A DNA stretch of 63,138 bases, filler included, from Craspedostauros australis (GCA_030167865.1; 14 parts of 14 records of this genome joined end to end with filler, not necessarily neighbours in it); one strand, 5' to 3'; positions 24,459 through 39,000 are shown, counted from the first letter of the whole stretch. Notes: generated from the letters alone by a model not told the origin. Program-made: numbers and translations.

Positions 24459-26207
24459 NNNNNNNNNNNNNNNNNNNNNNNNNNNNNNNNNNNNNNNNNN
24501 NNTTAATTAATTAANNNNNNNNNNNNNNNNNNNNNNNNNNNNNNNNNNNNNNNNNNNNACTACGACTTCTCCAAAACATGTCTCGACATGTGTGGAATTG
24601 GTTGCCTGAGGACAAAGCCTGCGAAAAGGCAAGGATCAGCTTCGTGCATGCTGCAACATGGCTGACTCGAACCGTTCACATCAACGATAGTCTAGGAAAG
24701 AAACAAGGCAATTCAAGAACAATGAAGATGCGAACCGAAGAAACATGNNNNNNNNNNNNNNNNNNNNNNNNNNNNNNNNNNNNNNNNNNNNNNNNNNNNN
24801 NNNNNNNNNNNNNNNNNNNNNNNNNNNNNNNNNNNNNNNNNNNNNNNNNNNNNNNNNNNNNNCATGTAATTTGAAGAAGCGAAATTCTCATCCACCCCCC
24901 AAAATAAATGTCTCTATCAGGTTATTTTGGACCCTGGGACTCATCAAATTACATGCGATATCTCCCTATTTTGTCATGTCAATCATCACAACTGGTCGAA
25001 GTTCGGATTCTGGGGAAAACTGGGGCGCGACTTGGGCCAACCACAACACATGACAGCGTGGTACACCAAGACCAAGATCAAGACCCAAGCAAGAGTGGCT
25101 CCTCAACAACATCTTCAAGAAAACATCGCCACAAAGTTCGCCTACCGCGAAATGACAACGAATGCGCGATGGATCGCTGTTGTTTCTGGTCGAGAACACG
25201 CTCCTCTTGGGGACAGACCATGAGCGGCTGATGCGCGCGGTTTGGTGTGCCTTTCGGCGACGCGTACGTTCAGACACGCTCAGCACAGCACAACACAGCA
25301 CATCATGTCGTGTCATGTCATGCGAGTACTCGTATCATCACTCTCGAGCACCACACAAGTATGATGGCCACGGTCAGTGTCAACGAGATCATCCTTTGGC
25401 GCGCTCAAGACTCGTCAAGCGAATGGGCATGCCGTTGCTCTTGTTGATCAGGGAGAAACCATGGCAAGGGAAGGGAACTGCGACTTCAGATCCAAGCCAA
25501 GGCATCACAAATTCTCATCGTTCGCACGTACTCATGTGGCGGTGGCGAGTTGCATCCATTATACTCCATACTCGTACGCGTAGAGTAGAGCAGAGTAGAG
25601 TAGATGTTCTCGTGTTCGGTTTCGGAGGTACCGTTCTGGGTTCACATTGACGGATCTTTTGCACATCAAGGTCCGGTGTTGGATGCCGCGTACTCCCATG
25701 GCGGAGGATGCGCGGGTGCGGCACGGAGGATTTACGACACCTGATGGAAGATGGATCGCCTGTTGGTCTCTTGCAGACGGCGGAGACGACCATGAGACGG
25801 AATCGGCCGATGTTCTGTGAACACCAATCTCTCCGGACTTATGCACACGTAGGAATACATACCATGGACAACGGCAGGAGAGTGATGCTATCACTCTTCA
25901 GTTCATGATGTCGGGTCGACACCTCCTGTAGCTTTGGTGTGATACGAGGTATGGCACTCATACATCGAAACAGATAGGCGTTGACAGAGGCAAAGACAAA
26001 GCAAGGAGGCAGACACGATGAAGCGGAACAAGGCGTTTCCATTTGGCAGATCATTGCATACAAATGTGATCACCTCATAAAGCAAACAACAGCAGCAACA
26101 GCAACAGAGTCGGAGCCAACCAACCAGCCGACTACGATAACCTCAACTCGACTCAGCTCAGCAAAGGAAGCGAGAACAACGCCGCCATCATCCTCCCCAT
26201 CGTTGCC

Positions 26208-26952
26208 ATGGAGCCAAATATGCTGACCCAACCACCCGCTCCTACGAAGGAAGAAAGTGATGGCACCGTCGAGCATCACTCCGAAGATGGCAGCAACAAC
26301 ATTCCCTCTGACGAGAAGGAGCTCGGGTTTGGCGAGGACCTGGAAGATGGGTCTTGCCAACATTCAGTCTCCAAGACAACAAAGAAGACAGACGAATTGC
26401 AAGAAGTCTGCAACGAATCCAAAGGCAACGCGAAGCAAGCCCGTATGTGGAGGCTCATCGTGGGTGCAGCATTGCTGATCACGGCAGTCGTTGTCGCTGT
26501 CACTTGCACGACGTACATGGTAAGTGCTTCATATTGATGGCACTTAAGGATCAAGATGCTCCAGAGAATGCGCGTGTCAAGGCGTCAGTGCATTCACGAC
26601 ATTCAACAGCCATTGCGTCCCTGCACCTCCATGGTGTGTTGCTGTTCTCTCACACGAACAGGTCAGTGGCTTGCCGTACGCCGCGTATTCCATGCTCGTA
26701 TTCCTAGACCAGCAATGCAACCTGTCGCCATTGTCACCAACTCATCGACCATCATGAACCATCCTCTGTTCTCTGCTGCCTCAATTCACATGTCCGTCGC
26801 CACTTTTCCTTTCCAATTCGATACACCCCAACACAACATGTACCAATGCTGTATCATGCAGTTGTTGGATGACGAAGAAACAGACAACTTCGAAGCGGCC
26901 GTAAGTGAAACATGTTGCATGTCATCTTCAATTATGTTGCCACGTTGACGTT

Positions 26953-26984
<32 letters not shown>

Positions 26985-28277
26985 CACCGCCCCAGGTGCT
27001 CTACTGTGTTGGGACGGTCGCTCTGGGACATCAACAACATCATGCGGCATGCTCCGGGGACATCGTTTCGGACCTCACGCTCACGCCCGCATCCATTCTT
27101 GTCTTTGTCATGTATTCATATCCACCCTCGTACTATTCCAATTCCACCTCTCCTGAAATTGAACTACTCCCGCACCACAGTTCAAACAATTCTCCGAGAC
27201 CATCGGACACGCAGCTGTTGATCAGCAACGCAACTTGCGCCTCGCGCACCATGGATTCGCAGCCAGCATCTCGTCCTCCGTGCTATCTCGCAACGAGGAT
27301 TGGCCCATGGTGACCATCCCATACTTTCTCACAAACTCCGAGCCTGTGCTGCGCATTTCCCAAACAGAAGCAATCACGTTGATGCATGTAGTGAAGCATG
27401 AGGATCGTGCAGCATGGGAAGAGTACAGCGTCAACGAGCACGTCAATTTGATGGAAGAGCTCCACAGACTCGAAGGCAACATTGACAAGGAGGTGCCAAC
27501 CGATGACCACTTCCATCCCTTCATCACCAAGTCAAACTACAGAGCGGAAGCTGGCGAAGATCGCTTCATTGAGGACGACGTTCGCGATGTGTACTTTCCC
27601 AGCTGGGAATATGCCCCCGCACCGTTCACTTACGATCTTTTCAACTGGAACATCTTTGCTTTCGGTGGAATGAAAGACGCGTTATTGAGCTTGCACAATC
27701 AAACTGTGTTTTCGATGGTCCTCCTGCTGAGGACCATCGCGTATTCTGAGAAGGAGCACCAGGCAATGCACGACCAGCTCAAGGATTCGTCAGTCGAACA
27801 TCCTCACATCATCTTCTACACCCCCGTGCACAAGTACGCCGAAGATACATCGTCAGAGATCGTTGCGGTGCTTGGAGGGATCTCGGCCTGGGATGCTGCA
27901 CTGCGTGGACTGCTCCCGGACAATGTCGAGGGTATCTTCGCTGTGATTCACAACACCTGCGGCCAGTTCTACACCTACAAGATCAATGGAGCCAACGCGC
28001 TGTACCAAGGAGAAGGTAAGCTCCTGTTTCTGCCGTTGGACACCTGCGCTTGCACCAGCAGTATCGGCAGTGTCAGCAATGTCAGCAATGTCATGTGCAA
28101 CTCACTTCATTCCACCTCGTTCAATACGTTCCATTCTTTGATGCCATTCCACTATCTGCGATATCCTTCTACGATACTGTTCTGCCCTACTCTACTCCAC
28201 TCCATTCATTTCCGCACAGGCGACTTGCATGACACAAAGTACGACAAGCACATGCGATCGTATGATCTCAGCCCAAG
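26208..28277 (+). CDS. 5' part of a diatom receptor-type guanylate/adenylate cyclase-like sensor (TM + CHASE-like extracellular domain); exons 26208-26519, 26862-26900, 27181-28015, 28220->28277; truncated
   Basis: Motifs typical of this diatom family: 'WR.IV..ALL.TAV.V', 'L..EE..NFE', 'WPMVTIP.F', 'V..EDR.AWE.Y', 'PH..FY.PV', 'L.GLLP.NV.GI..V..NTCGQ.YTY.I.G..A.Y.G.GDLHD.KYD'. Three GT-AG introns splice in frame. The catalytic domain is not in the window. Confidence 0.8.
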
Positions 28278-28457
28278 NNNNNNNNNNNNNNNNNNNNNNN
28301 NNNNNNNNNNNNNNNNNNNNNTTAATTAATTAANNNNNNNNNNNNNNNNNNNNNNNNNNNNNNNNNNNNNNNNNNNNCAGTCTCGGCGAGAACGTAAGTG
28401 CCAACAGTGATGAGATGAATGATGGCATCATTTGTGTGGTGATGTGATTTTCCTGTC

Positions 28458-29407
28458 TTGCAGTGTGAATTTTGTGGCAGCCACTCACATCCCTCCTGCT
28501 TCTCTTTCTCAGCCTTTGAGAAGACATTCCGACAACGTCTGGGATTGCCGGGAACACCCGAACGCAATCGAGACGTTCCAGGACTCGATCAGCTCTCCCT
28601 CCAGCCAGGAAGCGACAGCAGTCCTCCACGTGGAAACGAACAGAACAACAACAACAACACGGAAAATCAAAGCAACAACAACACACCATCCGCCAACGCC
28701 GACGAAAGCAGTGAAGACGAAGACTTCGAACTTGGCGACGACGACGACGATCAATCATTGATCACAACAGAGTCGTACGACACCATCGAAAGCGAGGACG
28801 GCGACCCCCACCAAGACAACATCCCTGCCATCACTCAAGACGCCAGTCCAGTTGCCCGCCTGCCATTCGCTTCCAACGAGCGCATCGACAGCAGTGACGA
28901 AGACGACGACGAGTACACGCTCGAGACCATCGAATCGAGCGACGGAGTCGAGGTCATTGCTACATCAGCACCACCTCCTCGCGTCCTCTTCAAGGATCTC
29001 CCTCTCCAGTCCAAGCCCACAACGAGCACACAAGACGCCAAGATGCCTGCACAAAAGGCCGCCCCAAAGAAGCCCGCCGAGAACAACGACACGAATCTGG
29101 CTGTGTCTCAGAAGGTTCAGAGCTGCGGTGGGAAGATCTCAACTGAGATCCCTGGATTGCATTTCATCCCAATCCAGGTTCCAGATCCCAACTCTTCTGC
29201 AACCCACGCAAGCATGCGAACTGGATACATCGTGTACTTCGAGGTTCCTTTTGGAGTGACAATGGATTCTGTCGAATTCAAGATCGTTGATGAGAGCACC
29301 ATCAGCGTCAGCTACGCCAAAAACGTGCGCAACTACAACACCAAATACAGGGTGACGGAGGAGCACCTCCAGGTTGGGAATCTGGACCCCCAGATCCAAA
29401 GCTACTT
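28458..29407 (+). CDS. Partial hypothetical protein (acidic low-complexity N-terminus, beta-rich C-terminal domain)
   Basis: ORF of ~315 codons open to the contig end, with coding-like third-position C/G bias. No recognised family. Confidence 0.5.
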
Positions 29408-29959
29408 NNNNNNNNNNNNNNNNNNNNNNNNNNNNNNNNNNNNNNNNNNNNTTAATTAATTAANNNNNNNNNNNNNNNNNNNNNNNNNNNNNNNNNNNNN
29501 NNNNNNNCCCACCTTGGGAACTATATGCTCCTCAGATCCTTTTACTACAACATACCTCGATTCCCTCCATGCTGATGACTACTGCACCACTACCGTAGTC
29601 CTGACGCGTGTATCCAACCTGCTTCAACTCAAGCAATGGAATCCGAGGGTCAGCTCCAACCACAGCCACTGCTTCATGACCGTCACTACCAAGTGTCATG
29701 ACCTACACTGCAGTGTGTCTACATGTATGGAGAGCAAGGCACTGTAATGACTACCTACCCTGTAGCACTGAACCAAGTACATCAGTGCAGGGTCTCGCCA
29801 AGTTGTGTGACATCGTTTCTTCACCCTACTAACNCCACAAGCTAACTCATAATAAACAGACAAGGATTAGCTACAAAGCACTCTNCTACTCATCGTTACA
29901 GTTAACTCTTCAATCAGCACACCTCTCTTGAACTGCATCACACNGCTATCCCNAAGCNG

Positions 29960-30683
29960 GCAGATCCAAGAGGCATCCTCCACCGATTCGCGCCGACTAC
30001 GCCCGAATCCTAACTCTGACTACGGTTTCATGTGGTCGTCCGATCCTCAGTACGGACAGGAATCGTTGTGCAACTCTGCCAAGTCGAACAGGTGGTGCAG
30101 CCTCTTGAAGGGTACACTTGTACTTTCTTGTCATTGATGCGTGCACTCGGTACACTTAGGTGTTCCCCTACCAAGACCATATCCCACCTGTGGACATGTT
30201 TACCAACCTGCTTCGTGAGTTTGGTTGCAAGGATGGTTGCAAGGCAGTGAGGGTCGACACTGGTGGCGAACTTGCATGATCGAGTGCCTTCCAGGAGGTC
30301 GTCCGGTCTGCGGGATACACTCTGGAACCTACTGGGGCCAGATGCGCTTGGATGAATGGCAAGGTCGAGGGAATCAACCGCACCTTTGGTGTGATGGCCA
30401 GATCGCTGATGTACTCCTCAGGCCTGCATCCCAAGTTCCAGGTTCATGCCCTTGCACATGCAGTGTATGTCAAGAATAAGCTTTGGCACTCCATCATTAA
30501 CACCACTCCATACCAGCTTCCGCATGGCATCAAGCCCAACCTGAGCCACCTGCAAGTCTTGGTTCCAGAGTGGTTGTGTGCAAGCCTGGCCATCCCGCTG
30601 CAAAGCTGGACATCCACACCTACAACGGCATCTTTGTTGGTCATACTGCCACACCCTCGCTCCAAGAATATTTCAACTTGGAT
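29960..30683 (+). pseudogene. Degenerate Copia integrase fragment (second lineage)
   Basis: DYGFM; VRVDTGGELA*S..F; GYTLEPTG; NGKVE..NRTFG.M.RSL..SGL; HAVY.KN.L.H...TPY...G.KPNLSHL. In-frame TGA at 30277 plus frameshifts. Confidence 0.8.
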
Positions 30684-30784
30684 NNNNNNNNNNNNNNNNN
30701 NNNNNNNNNNNNNNNNNNNNNNNNNNNTTAATTAATTAANNNNNNNNNNNNNNNNNNNNNNNNNNNNNNNNNNNNNNNNNNNNT

Positions 30785-31828
30785 GTTTCGTACACCACTT
30801 ACATCCTCTTCTTTCCTCAATCATTATATTTTGAAACCCTTCCTCATCCGCTATTGTGTCCGCATCAAATGCGCATGGCGGGTATCATCGTCAATGAGAC
30901 ACCTTTGGTCATGTTACCAGAGGAGAATCGTCATTCATACTCACATTCTATTCTTTCTTCACATCATGATTTGCACATCCCACTTCAGCTGAACGGAACG
31001 GTATCCTATTTTCATATTCGACAACCAACGCGAGACGAGATACAGTCCGACCGAGATTGCGTCCATGTATACATGACATCAGATGCATATTGGGATCCAT
31101 CACAGCTGTCGTCAGGGGACGATGAAGCGGCGATACGTGCGAAGCTTCAAGCAGATCAACAGATGCATATTGAATCACCGATCAGATACGAGCATGACAA
31201 TCGAACAATACATCACACGCGTACCTCGAATCGAAAGGGGACGATAACGCCAGAGCAGCTGGCAGCGAGATGGCGAATCGGAATCGAAGCAGCAAAACGA
31301 ACACTCGATGTGACAACGCAATTGGCAGTCCGTGATTTCACTACAACGACAGGAACACGTCGACTCAACCCTTATGCGATGCAGCTCCGATACCGACGCC
31401 TCAATACACAAATGTACACCGACACGATGTTCGCGAAGACAAAGTCCATACGTGGGAACATCTGTGCAATGATTTATTGTACACCATTTCATTGGGTCAG
31501 AGTGTACCCAATGGCGGCAAGGCGAGAGGCCGCGCAGACACTCGATGAGCTATTCAGAGATTACGGCATCCCACACACAATGATACCAGACAATGCACGA
31601 GAGCTAGTTGAGGGCAACTTCAAGAGCAAACTTCTCAAAGCTCAAGTCTCAATCCGTCCCGTGGAAGCGTATATTCACAACCAGAACAAAGCGGAGGCAA
31701 CGATCCGAGAACTTCGACGTCAATACCGGCGGCTCATGACATCGACGAACACACCTGCATACTTGTGGGATTATTGTTTTGAGTACTGTGCAGAGATTCG
31801 AAGCAACACAGCACTTCAGATATATGAT
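30785..31828 (+). mobile_element. Intact-frame pol fragment of a third, diatom-type Copia-like lineage (integrase D,D34E; no HHCC)
   Basis: Open across the whole contig. Motifs: 'LLCPHQMR..G..VNE.P', 'IPL.LNGT.SYF..R.PT', 'TPE.LA.RW.IG...A..TL..TTQ', YTDT(D), PDNA(D), NKAE(E), LWDYC. Confidence 0.82.
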
Positions 31829-32847
31829 NNNNNNNNNNNNNNNNNNNNNNNNNNNNNNNNNNNNNNNNNNNNTTAATTAATTAANNNNNNNNNNNNNNNN
31901 NNNNNNNNNNNNNNNNNNNNNNNNNNNNGACGAGCAAAATGCGAGATCATGTCGCAGATGCTAACGTGTATTTAACGCGTACCAAACGAACGACAATCCC
32001 GGCGCCTATTCCGTGACTGGATGACATAATGTAAATGCACCAGAACATAATCGAACTTTCTGCGAAACAACTAGGAAGTTCACGGGGGTCGACCCATACG
32101 ACTTCACAAAACCTTTGAATATTCATAAAACTTAAAATAGGATCTAACTAAAAAATCCATCGGTTAATTATTTGTATTAGACCTGCAAGGATTACGAATA
32201 TTTGCTTGGTTGGGATATTCAAGATAAATTTTATAGACGCCAATAACGGAGTGCAGGTCGACTCACTGATCGGGCTCTTATTGTGTTTGATGGGCCAATG
32301 GCATTTCGCTGCCACGTCAGACAGGAACCCAAATACGTCGTGGTCATTGTCATTGTTGGTCGATGACGGCGTCAGCGTTGTTGCGTTGTCTTGGGAACTC
32401 AGTGTTCTTGAAGAAGGTCGTAACAACACCATCACATTCATTCTTTCCTTTCCTTCCTTTCCTTTCCTTTCCTGTTCGTGGGTTGGCTGTTGATTCCTCA
32501 CCTTGTGTGCATGTTCTGTCAAGATTCCGCAAGACACACTCAATCGCACAGAGTCGGTGCCGAACATCACCATCACACTGGTCAGTTCGCAGTCTCCATC
32601 TTCGCTCCCCATCCGTTCTCGAGCGTTACATTTGAGCTACTACTACGACTTCTGTTATACCAACACTCTTCACGAAGATTCGGCCTTCGTTGGAACCTGA
32701 CTTGAGTTGAATGCTCGTGGCATAGCCATACCCATCCAGCAGCAATACTCGTGGAACAGCCATAACATACCATACAGGCAACAACACCGCAGGCAACAAC
32801 ACCAATAACAGAGGAGCGAGAAAGAAAGACGAGAAAGAACAAGAGCC

Positions 32848-35018
32848 ATGGTCCATTTGACAGCGTCCATCGGCAGCGAAGGGATGCAGGCGGCCGAAAA
32901 GCATCTGCACAGCGAGGGTCTGCCTCAGCAATCCATGACGTCTCCTCTGCTGTCATCCACCTTGCCTTCATCAGCTTCCTCGGCGGTTTCCGCGCTGACA
33001 ACGGCAGTCGCATCGCGCTACGCCAGTCTACCAGCACCGGCCCGTGCGGTGATCAAGGTGGTGCTCTTGGCGACGGCGCTGATGGTCACCGCATTCTGCC
33101 TTCTGTACACATTCCATCATGGCTTTCGCAGAACGGTCCAATTCTGGTCGTCGACGTCGCCCATCATCGCTCGGTATTACCTCCTCAAGTGGAAGCACCG
33201 ATACCTGCTCAAGACACCCCACGACGTGTGGACGCATCAGGTCTTGGGTGACTTTCATCTCACGACAGCGCCGCGCATCGTTGACATCGTGGCGCGCATG
33301 GGTGGCATCTACGTCAAGATTGGGCAGTTCTTGGCCACGGTCGGCGCCACCCTGCTCGACGATGCCTACGTGCAGGCCTTGAAGCCGCTGCAGGATGGCA
33401 TTCCGCCGCGATCGACGGCCGAGATCGCCACCATCCTGGAACAATCCCTGGGCCGGCCCATCGACGCGATGTTCGAATCCTTCGACGCCAAACCCATCGG
33501 CGCGGCATCCATCGCGCAGGCCCACCGCGCGACGTTGAAGCAGGCCATACAATCCGACGACGGCATGATCCGCGACGTCGTCGTCAAGGTCCAATATCCC
33601 GACGTCGCGCACAATTACGAGGCCGATTTTGACAATCTGGAGCTCGTCGTGCGCTTGCTGCAACCCGAACAGCTCAACACGATCCGCACGCTGCGTCAAC
33701 GCCACATTCAGGAACTGGATTTCCGAACGGAAGCGCAGCATCTCGAAGAATGCGCCGCCAATTTGCAACGACATCGGTTGGAACCGCAGCGCGTGCGCAT
33801 TCCGCGCGTCGTGCCGCACATGGTCACGCGGGAAGTGCTCGTCATGGAATTCTTGCAAGGCACGTCGTTGAAGGACGCCATGGAGGAGGAATTGGACGGC
33901 ATCGCGGCGGCGTTGGGCATGGAGAGTGGGCAGGCTTTGCGGGCCAAGATGGTGAAGAATTTGAAGCAGCACTTCTTGGATGGCGGCGGTGGTGCCACCG
34001 ACATGATGTCACGTTCCGACGAGCAGGATGATGCGGTGCATGGCACAGCGCTCATGGCAGGTGGATCGATCGGTGACGACGACGCTGAGATGAGGCTGTC
34101 GCAACCCAAAAAGCAGCAGCGCTCCGCCAACACGATGATGCGACTCGGCAAGGTGGCGGCACCGATTCTGAGAGGCTACGCATCGACTCTGCGCAGAGTC
34201 CAAAATATGGGACGTAAGATTCAGAATGGAGCCTCGCGTGTGGGTCAAATTGCCACGTTGGGACAGTGGAAGCCGCGGTTTGTCGATCTGGAGATTCCCA
34301 AATTCCTCGATCTCGATAGAGTCATCAAGACGTTGGTGATGGTGCATGGCGTGCAAGTCATACTGGATGGCGTCTACAATGCCGATCCTCGTAAGTGAAT
34401 GAATGAGTGTCATGCTGGTACAATTGTGGTTGTTGATCATATAATATGTATTGTATAATATGTATTGCGTACCATGCCATCCAAATGCAGGCATGATCAA
34501 ACACTCAACAATGCTCCCGCCACTTCCTCAATTGCATTCGCACAGACCCCGGCAACGTGATCCTGATGCAAGACGGACGCCTCGGCCTGATCGACTACGG
34601 CATGGTGGGACGCCTCGCGCGCACCGAACGCGAGCTGATCGCCTCATCCATCCTGGCCTTCCAACGCGGCGACGACCGCACCGTGATCGACAACTACCGC
34701 GATTCCGGATACTTGGCCGGCTGGATAACGAATGGCAGGGACCACGACGACGCCGTCTACAAACGCTTCGCGACGTTCCATCTGGACCGCATCGATCTGT
34801 CCCCCATCGTGATGCAGAATGGCGACGTGTGGGGCGCCATCGACGTGCTGAGCAATTCGGTGGAACGTCACACGCCCGATTGGATCGAGCAGATGAAACG
34901 TATCGGGGGGTTGATGATCGGGACGGCGTCGCAGGCGGGGCGGCCGATTTCGCTGTCGAAGGCGTGGAAGCCGATGGCACGGCGGTTCATGGAGTCGCAA
35001 GGTGATGAAGATGCGTGA
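32848..35018 (+). CDS. ABC1/ADCK (UbiB-like) atypical protein kinase; exons 32848-34390 and 34546-35018
   Basis: GGIYVKIGQ, LQD, PIGAASIAQAHRA, VVVKVQYP, ELDF..E, VLVMEF, DPHPGN (completed across the GTAAGT..CAG intron), LIDYG. N-terminal TM helix. Confidence 0.93.
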
Positions 35019-35204
35019 TGTGATGGACGTGACGTATGATGCTCTGATTGCAATGTATAATTTTATCATGCGATCGCTCCAAGCCAAGACAACGCTGGTC
35101 TTGCAGGGAGCAACCCTGCCATAATGTAAATACACGCAGGTAAGAGCTCTCACCTGTAGAGAGAGAGAGTACTCGATGATTAATGCATGCCGTCGTCTGC
35201 CAGT

Positions 35205-35205
35205 A

Positions 35206-35243
<38 letters not shown>
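35205..35243. repeat. (AGT)n microsatellite
   Basis: About 12 AGT units. Other microsatellites: (GA)n ~698-720, (TCAG)n ~6680-6713 in an iolG intron, (GA)n ~26952-26982. Confidence 0.9.
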
Positions 35244-36188
35244 ATAAAGTCACACCATGGATCTACACTCAAATGGAATAGAATACTAAATTATGCGCGT
35301 GGTCAAGCGATTGGACTGTTTCATCTCTCGCGTTACACGGATCGAGGAAGACCGTCTCTGAATCTGAGATTCGAAAGTTCGGCCAACCAAAAATCCGTTG
35401 ACGTCCGTCCTTGAGCCGGAACAAGAGACAGAAACACCAGTTTCTCCGTGGCCTGTAAAATGTCCACGTGTTCTTGTTAAGTGATTATTGCAGCGGAAGA
35501 AAAAAGATACCACTCGTAAATGTCATGACCGGAGCCAAACAACACGAATGCATCACGACCAAGAGGGCGCAGTTGCTGGTTGACGACAGTGCGACATGGC
35601 AAGATGACACGAGACCAAGATGAAGGGAGGAGAGAGATGGAATGGACGAATCCAAAGCCAAGAGAGAGTTGCGCAAAAGGCGGACCGAATGGTCGATACT
35701 GACAAGGAGTACGCGTCTTACTACGTGGATGGTACGAGTTAGAACTCGTACAATACTCGACCACGAAGGGTTCACGAACAGAGCCAAGGAACAGCGAGTT
35801 GATTACGAGTACAAGCGGGGACGAGCAGGGTGCAAGAGAAGCACCATCACCAAGAAAGCAGCAACAACAGCAAGACTCTTGCTGGTGAAGGCGAAAAGAG
35901 AGAGGGAAGAGCACAACGTTTGAGAACCGTACCCACAGGCACAACCAGACAACCTACTACACTGCCACCAGCAGACACTGACACAACCACGAGTCCAAGG
36001 CAGAACGTACGAATAAAGCACAAGAGCACGATAGCACAGGAGGGCACACAAAGGCACCGCCGAAGAGGCCCATCGACAAGGAGGCACCCCGAGCAGTGCT
36101 GGTGTGGACAGACTCGCCATTGGAGACAGATATAGCAGCACAGTGCTGTATCGTATTGTGTTATATTGCGTTATAATAGTGACAACCA

Positions 36189-38914
36189 TGACACAACCGC
36201 AGAATCTGGAGATGTCCATGACATGGAACAACATCGCAATTGCCGCCGACGACGATGATGATGAGGGTGGCAAAGTGAAGAAGACGCCGCGCTTCAAGTT
36301 CAAGACGAAGGAGCAGGCCATGACAGCGGCGGCGTCGTTCGCAGAGACCAAGAAAAAGACCTCGCTCGATGACCATCTGCAATCGAAGCCGAGCAGACGC
36401 GGAGACCGCAGCGTCGTTTCGAAGGAGTCCACAGCCACGAGCAAGAGCAAGAAGAAGAAGAAAAAGAAGAAGTCTGTCGATTCATCCTCATCGTCGGATG
36501 TCGGCGAATCGCTGTGGAACCATCTGGCCAAGAAGGAGGATCCGTCTGCCAACACGCCATCGCAATCGACGCAGCTGACGGCACCGTTGAGTCCCTCGTC
36601 GTCGACGTGCGATCGGGCGGATGATGATAGTGAAGAGGAGGATGTCGTGTCAAAGCAGGAGCGATTGAAACGTGCTCGGCAACGGCGGTTGTCACGTGGA
36701 GATGCGGGCAAGCGGCGATCCGGGGGGCAGCCGCAACGGACCACCGTCTTTCAATCTGGCGACGACGATGATGATGATGACAACATTGACGATAACGATG
36801 ACATTGATGACAACGATGATGATGATGATGATGATATCGATGATGAGAAGGATCTCTTCGTCTTCAAGAAACCAAAGAAGGTCTACGGCAGGAGCAACAG
36901 CAAGGGCAACACTAACAGCAACAGCAACGACACCAGCATCACCAATCTGCACATGTCCAACGCAGAATCCATGCAAGGGTCTTCCTTCATGGTGGATTCC
37001 GAACAGGACTCCGATATCGAGCGATCCGCCATGTCTTCATCGGGCGGACGCAAGAATGGGTTGCGCAAGTCTTCGGCGCGCATCAAAAAGAAGAAGAAGA
37101 AGAAGAAGAGCAGCGACCTCATGTCTTCGGATGACGATGACGACTACGAGCAGGAGATGCGCCAATCGTCGCATCATCGCAGATCCGTCTCGCGACCTGC
37201 TTCCGATGATGAAGCTGGCGATGCCACCAACAACGGCTCGCAGCATCGCAGACTGCGCAAGTTGCGTCAGGTCTCGCGGCAAGGCGACGACATGGACAGC
37301 GGCATCTCCACCGATGAGGACGGCCCGGCCTCGTCACGCCATGGCAGACGCAAGAGCAAGACGTCTTCTTCCAGCGCGCACAACAGATCGTCGTCATCCG
37401 GAGCCAAGAAGCTGCGCAAGAAGACCAAACCCATGAGCGACACCGACACCGGCCTCTCCACGGACGACGACATCGACGAGGATCCCATTCCCACGCGCAG
37501 CAGCTCTCATCATCGCAAATCCAGGAAACCGCGCAAGAAGTCATCCGCGGATGCCAGCGACGATGATGAGATCATCGAAGATATTCCAGGATTCAAGGCC
37601 GTCATCCGCCATGCGCCCACGACACCAACCTCCTCGCGTCACAAGCGCACAGTGCGCAATGCCGAGGATTTGGATCTGCTCCAACTCCAGAAATCCATGA
37701 TGCAGCAGCCGGACAAGAACAGCGGCACGGCCATGGGCAAGGTCGTTCTCACCGTCACGCCCACGGGCGGCAGCCAGCACAAGCGTCGGTTGACGGGATC
37801 CAGACGCGCGGGACGCAGCATCGATGTCCTCAACTCGCACTCCACGCACGCCCCAACGCAGCAGGCGCCCATGGGTCTGTCGGCTGCCACGACGCATAAC
37901 AGCGGCAGTCTGCGGGCGGGACGACGATCCGTCTCGTTCCCGCCGCAGCTTGATAACAATCTCAGTCGCAGTGTGCATGGTCGCAGACCGCAGCAGCTTG
38001 ATAACAGTCTCAATCGCAGTGTGCATGGTCGCAGACCGCAGCAGGACGAGGTTTCCGATCTGCGTACTCCCATGTCCAACAGCGTGCACGGGGCCAGGCG
38101 CAAGCTGCGTGGATCCAGGTCGACGCCGGAGTTCGCGCAGCAGACACCCAGCGGTCGTCGCAAACCACGCACGAACACCGCCAATGCGCAGTTCGCCACC
38201 ATCCAGCCGGCCGGTCGACCCAGGCCACCGCCGCCGCGGCAGCAAGAGGAGATTCCGTTGCCACCAGCCTTCCGGCAACTCCAAACGCCCATGCGACGCA
38301 ACTTAAAGTCCGAACCCATCTTGGGTGCCCGCAAACGGCAGCCACCTGCCAACAACAACAAGAATGCAACCTTCCTTCTCAAGCCATCCACCAAGGATCG
38401 TGTCGCGTCGTCGGAGAATCCGGCGCGTCCTTCCGTAGTGCAGAAGCAGAAGGACGAGCAGATGCGCCGCGAACAGGCAAAACCGGCAACCGTCCTGCGC
38501 AACAAGGTCGGGGGCATCGCAGCACGCCGCAAGGTCCGTCCACCCACGGAACACCGTCGATCGACGTCCGTATCGCGTCGTCGTCCATCGGCCGCGCCAC
38601 AACCACAAGCCCAATACATCCCGGCCTGGAAATTGCGAGAATCGCTGAAACACAGCGACCATGAGCGTCAACCACGTCCCGTGCATGCACGCGCTCCCGA
38701 TCCCAGCCTGCCACCGGCCTTCCGCACCATGTCGATGCACACGGCTCAACCATGTCGTCGCAAGACGGCACCGCCCTATCTCATGTCGCGCACGTCACGT
38801 GAAGCCATGGCCAAGGAGAAGCAAACACGCCGCAGCGACGTGGCCAATTCCATGACCAACATCCTGTCCGCCGAAGAAGATGGGGTTGCCAATCAACAGC
38901 GCATCCGACGATGA
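36189..38914 (+). CDS. Large intrinsically disordered K/R/S/D-rich hypothetical protein
   Basis: ~910-codon uninterrupted ORF with poly-K and poly-D tracts and a tandem QLDN.L.RSVHGRRPQ repeat. AT-rich 3' flank, convergent with the next gene. Confidence 0.72.
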
Positions 38915-39000
38915 TGCACATCGTACGATACATGACTCATAAATAGAAATACCATTACACTGTATGATACAGTACTGTATTGTGTAGCTATAACATTCAT

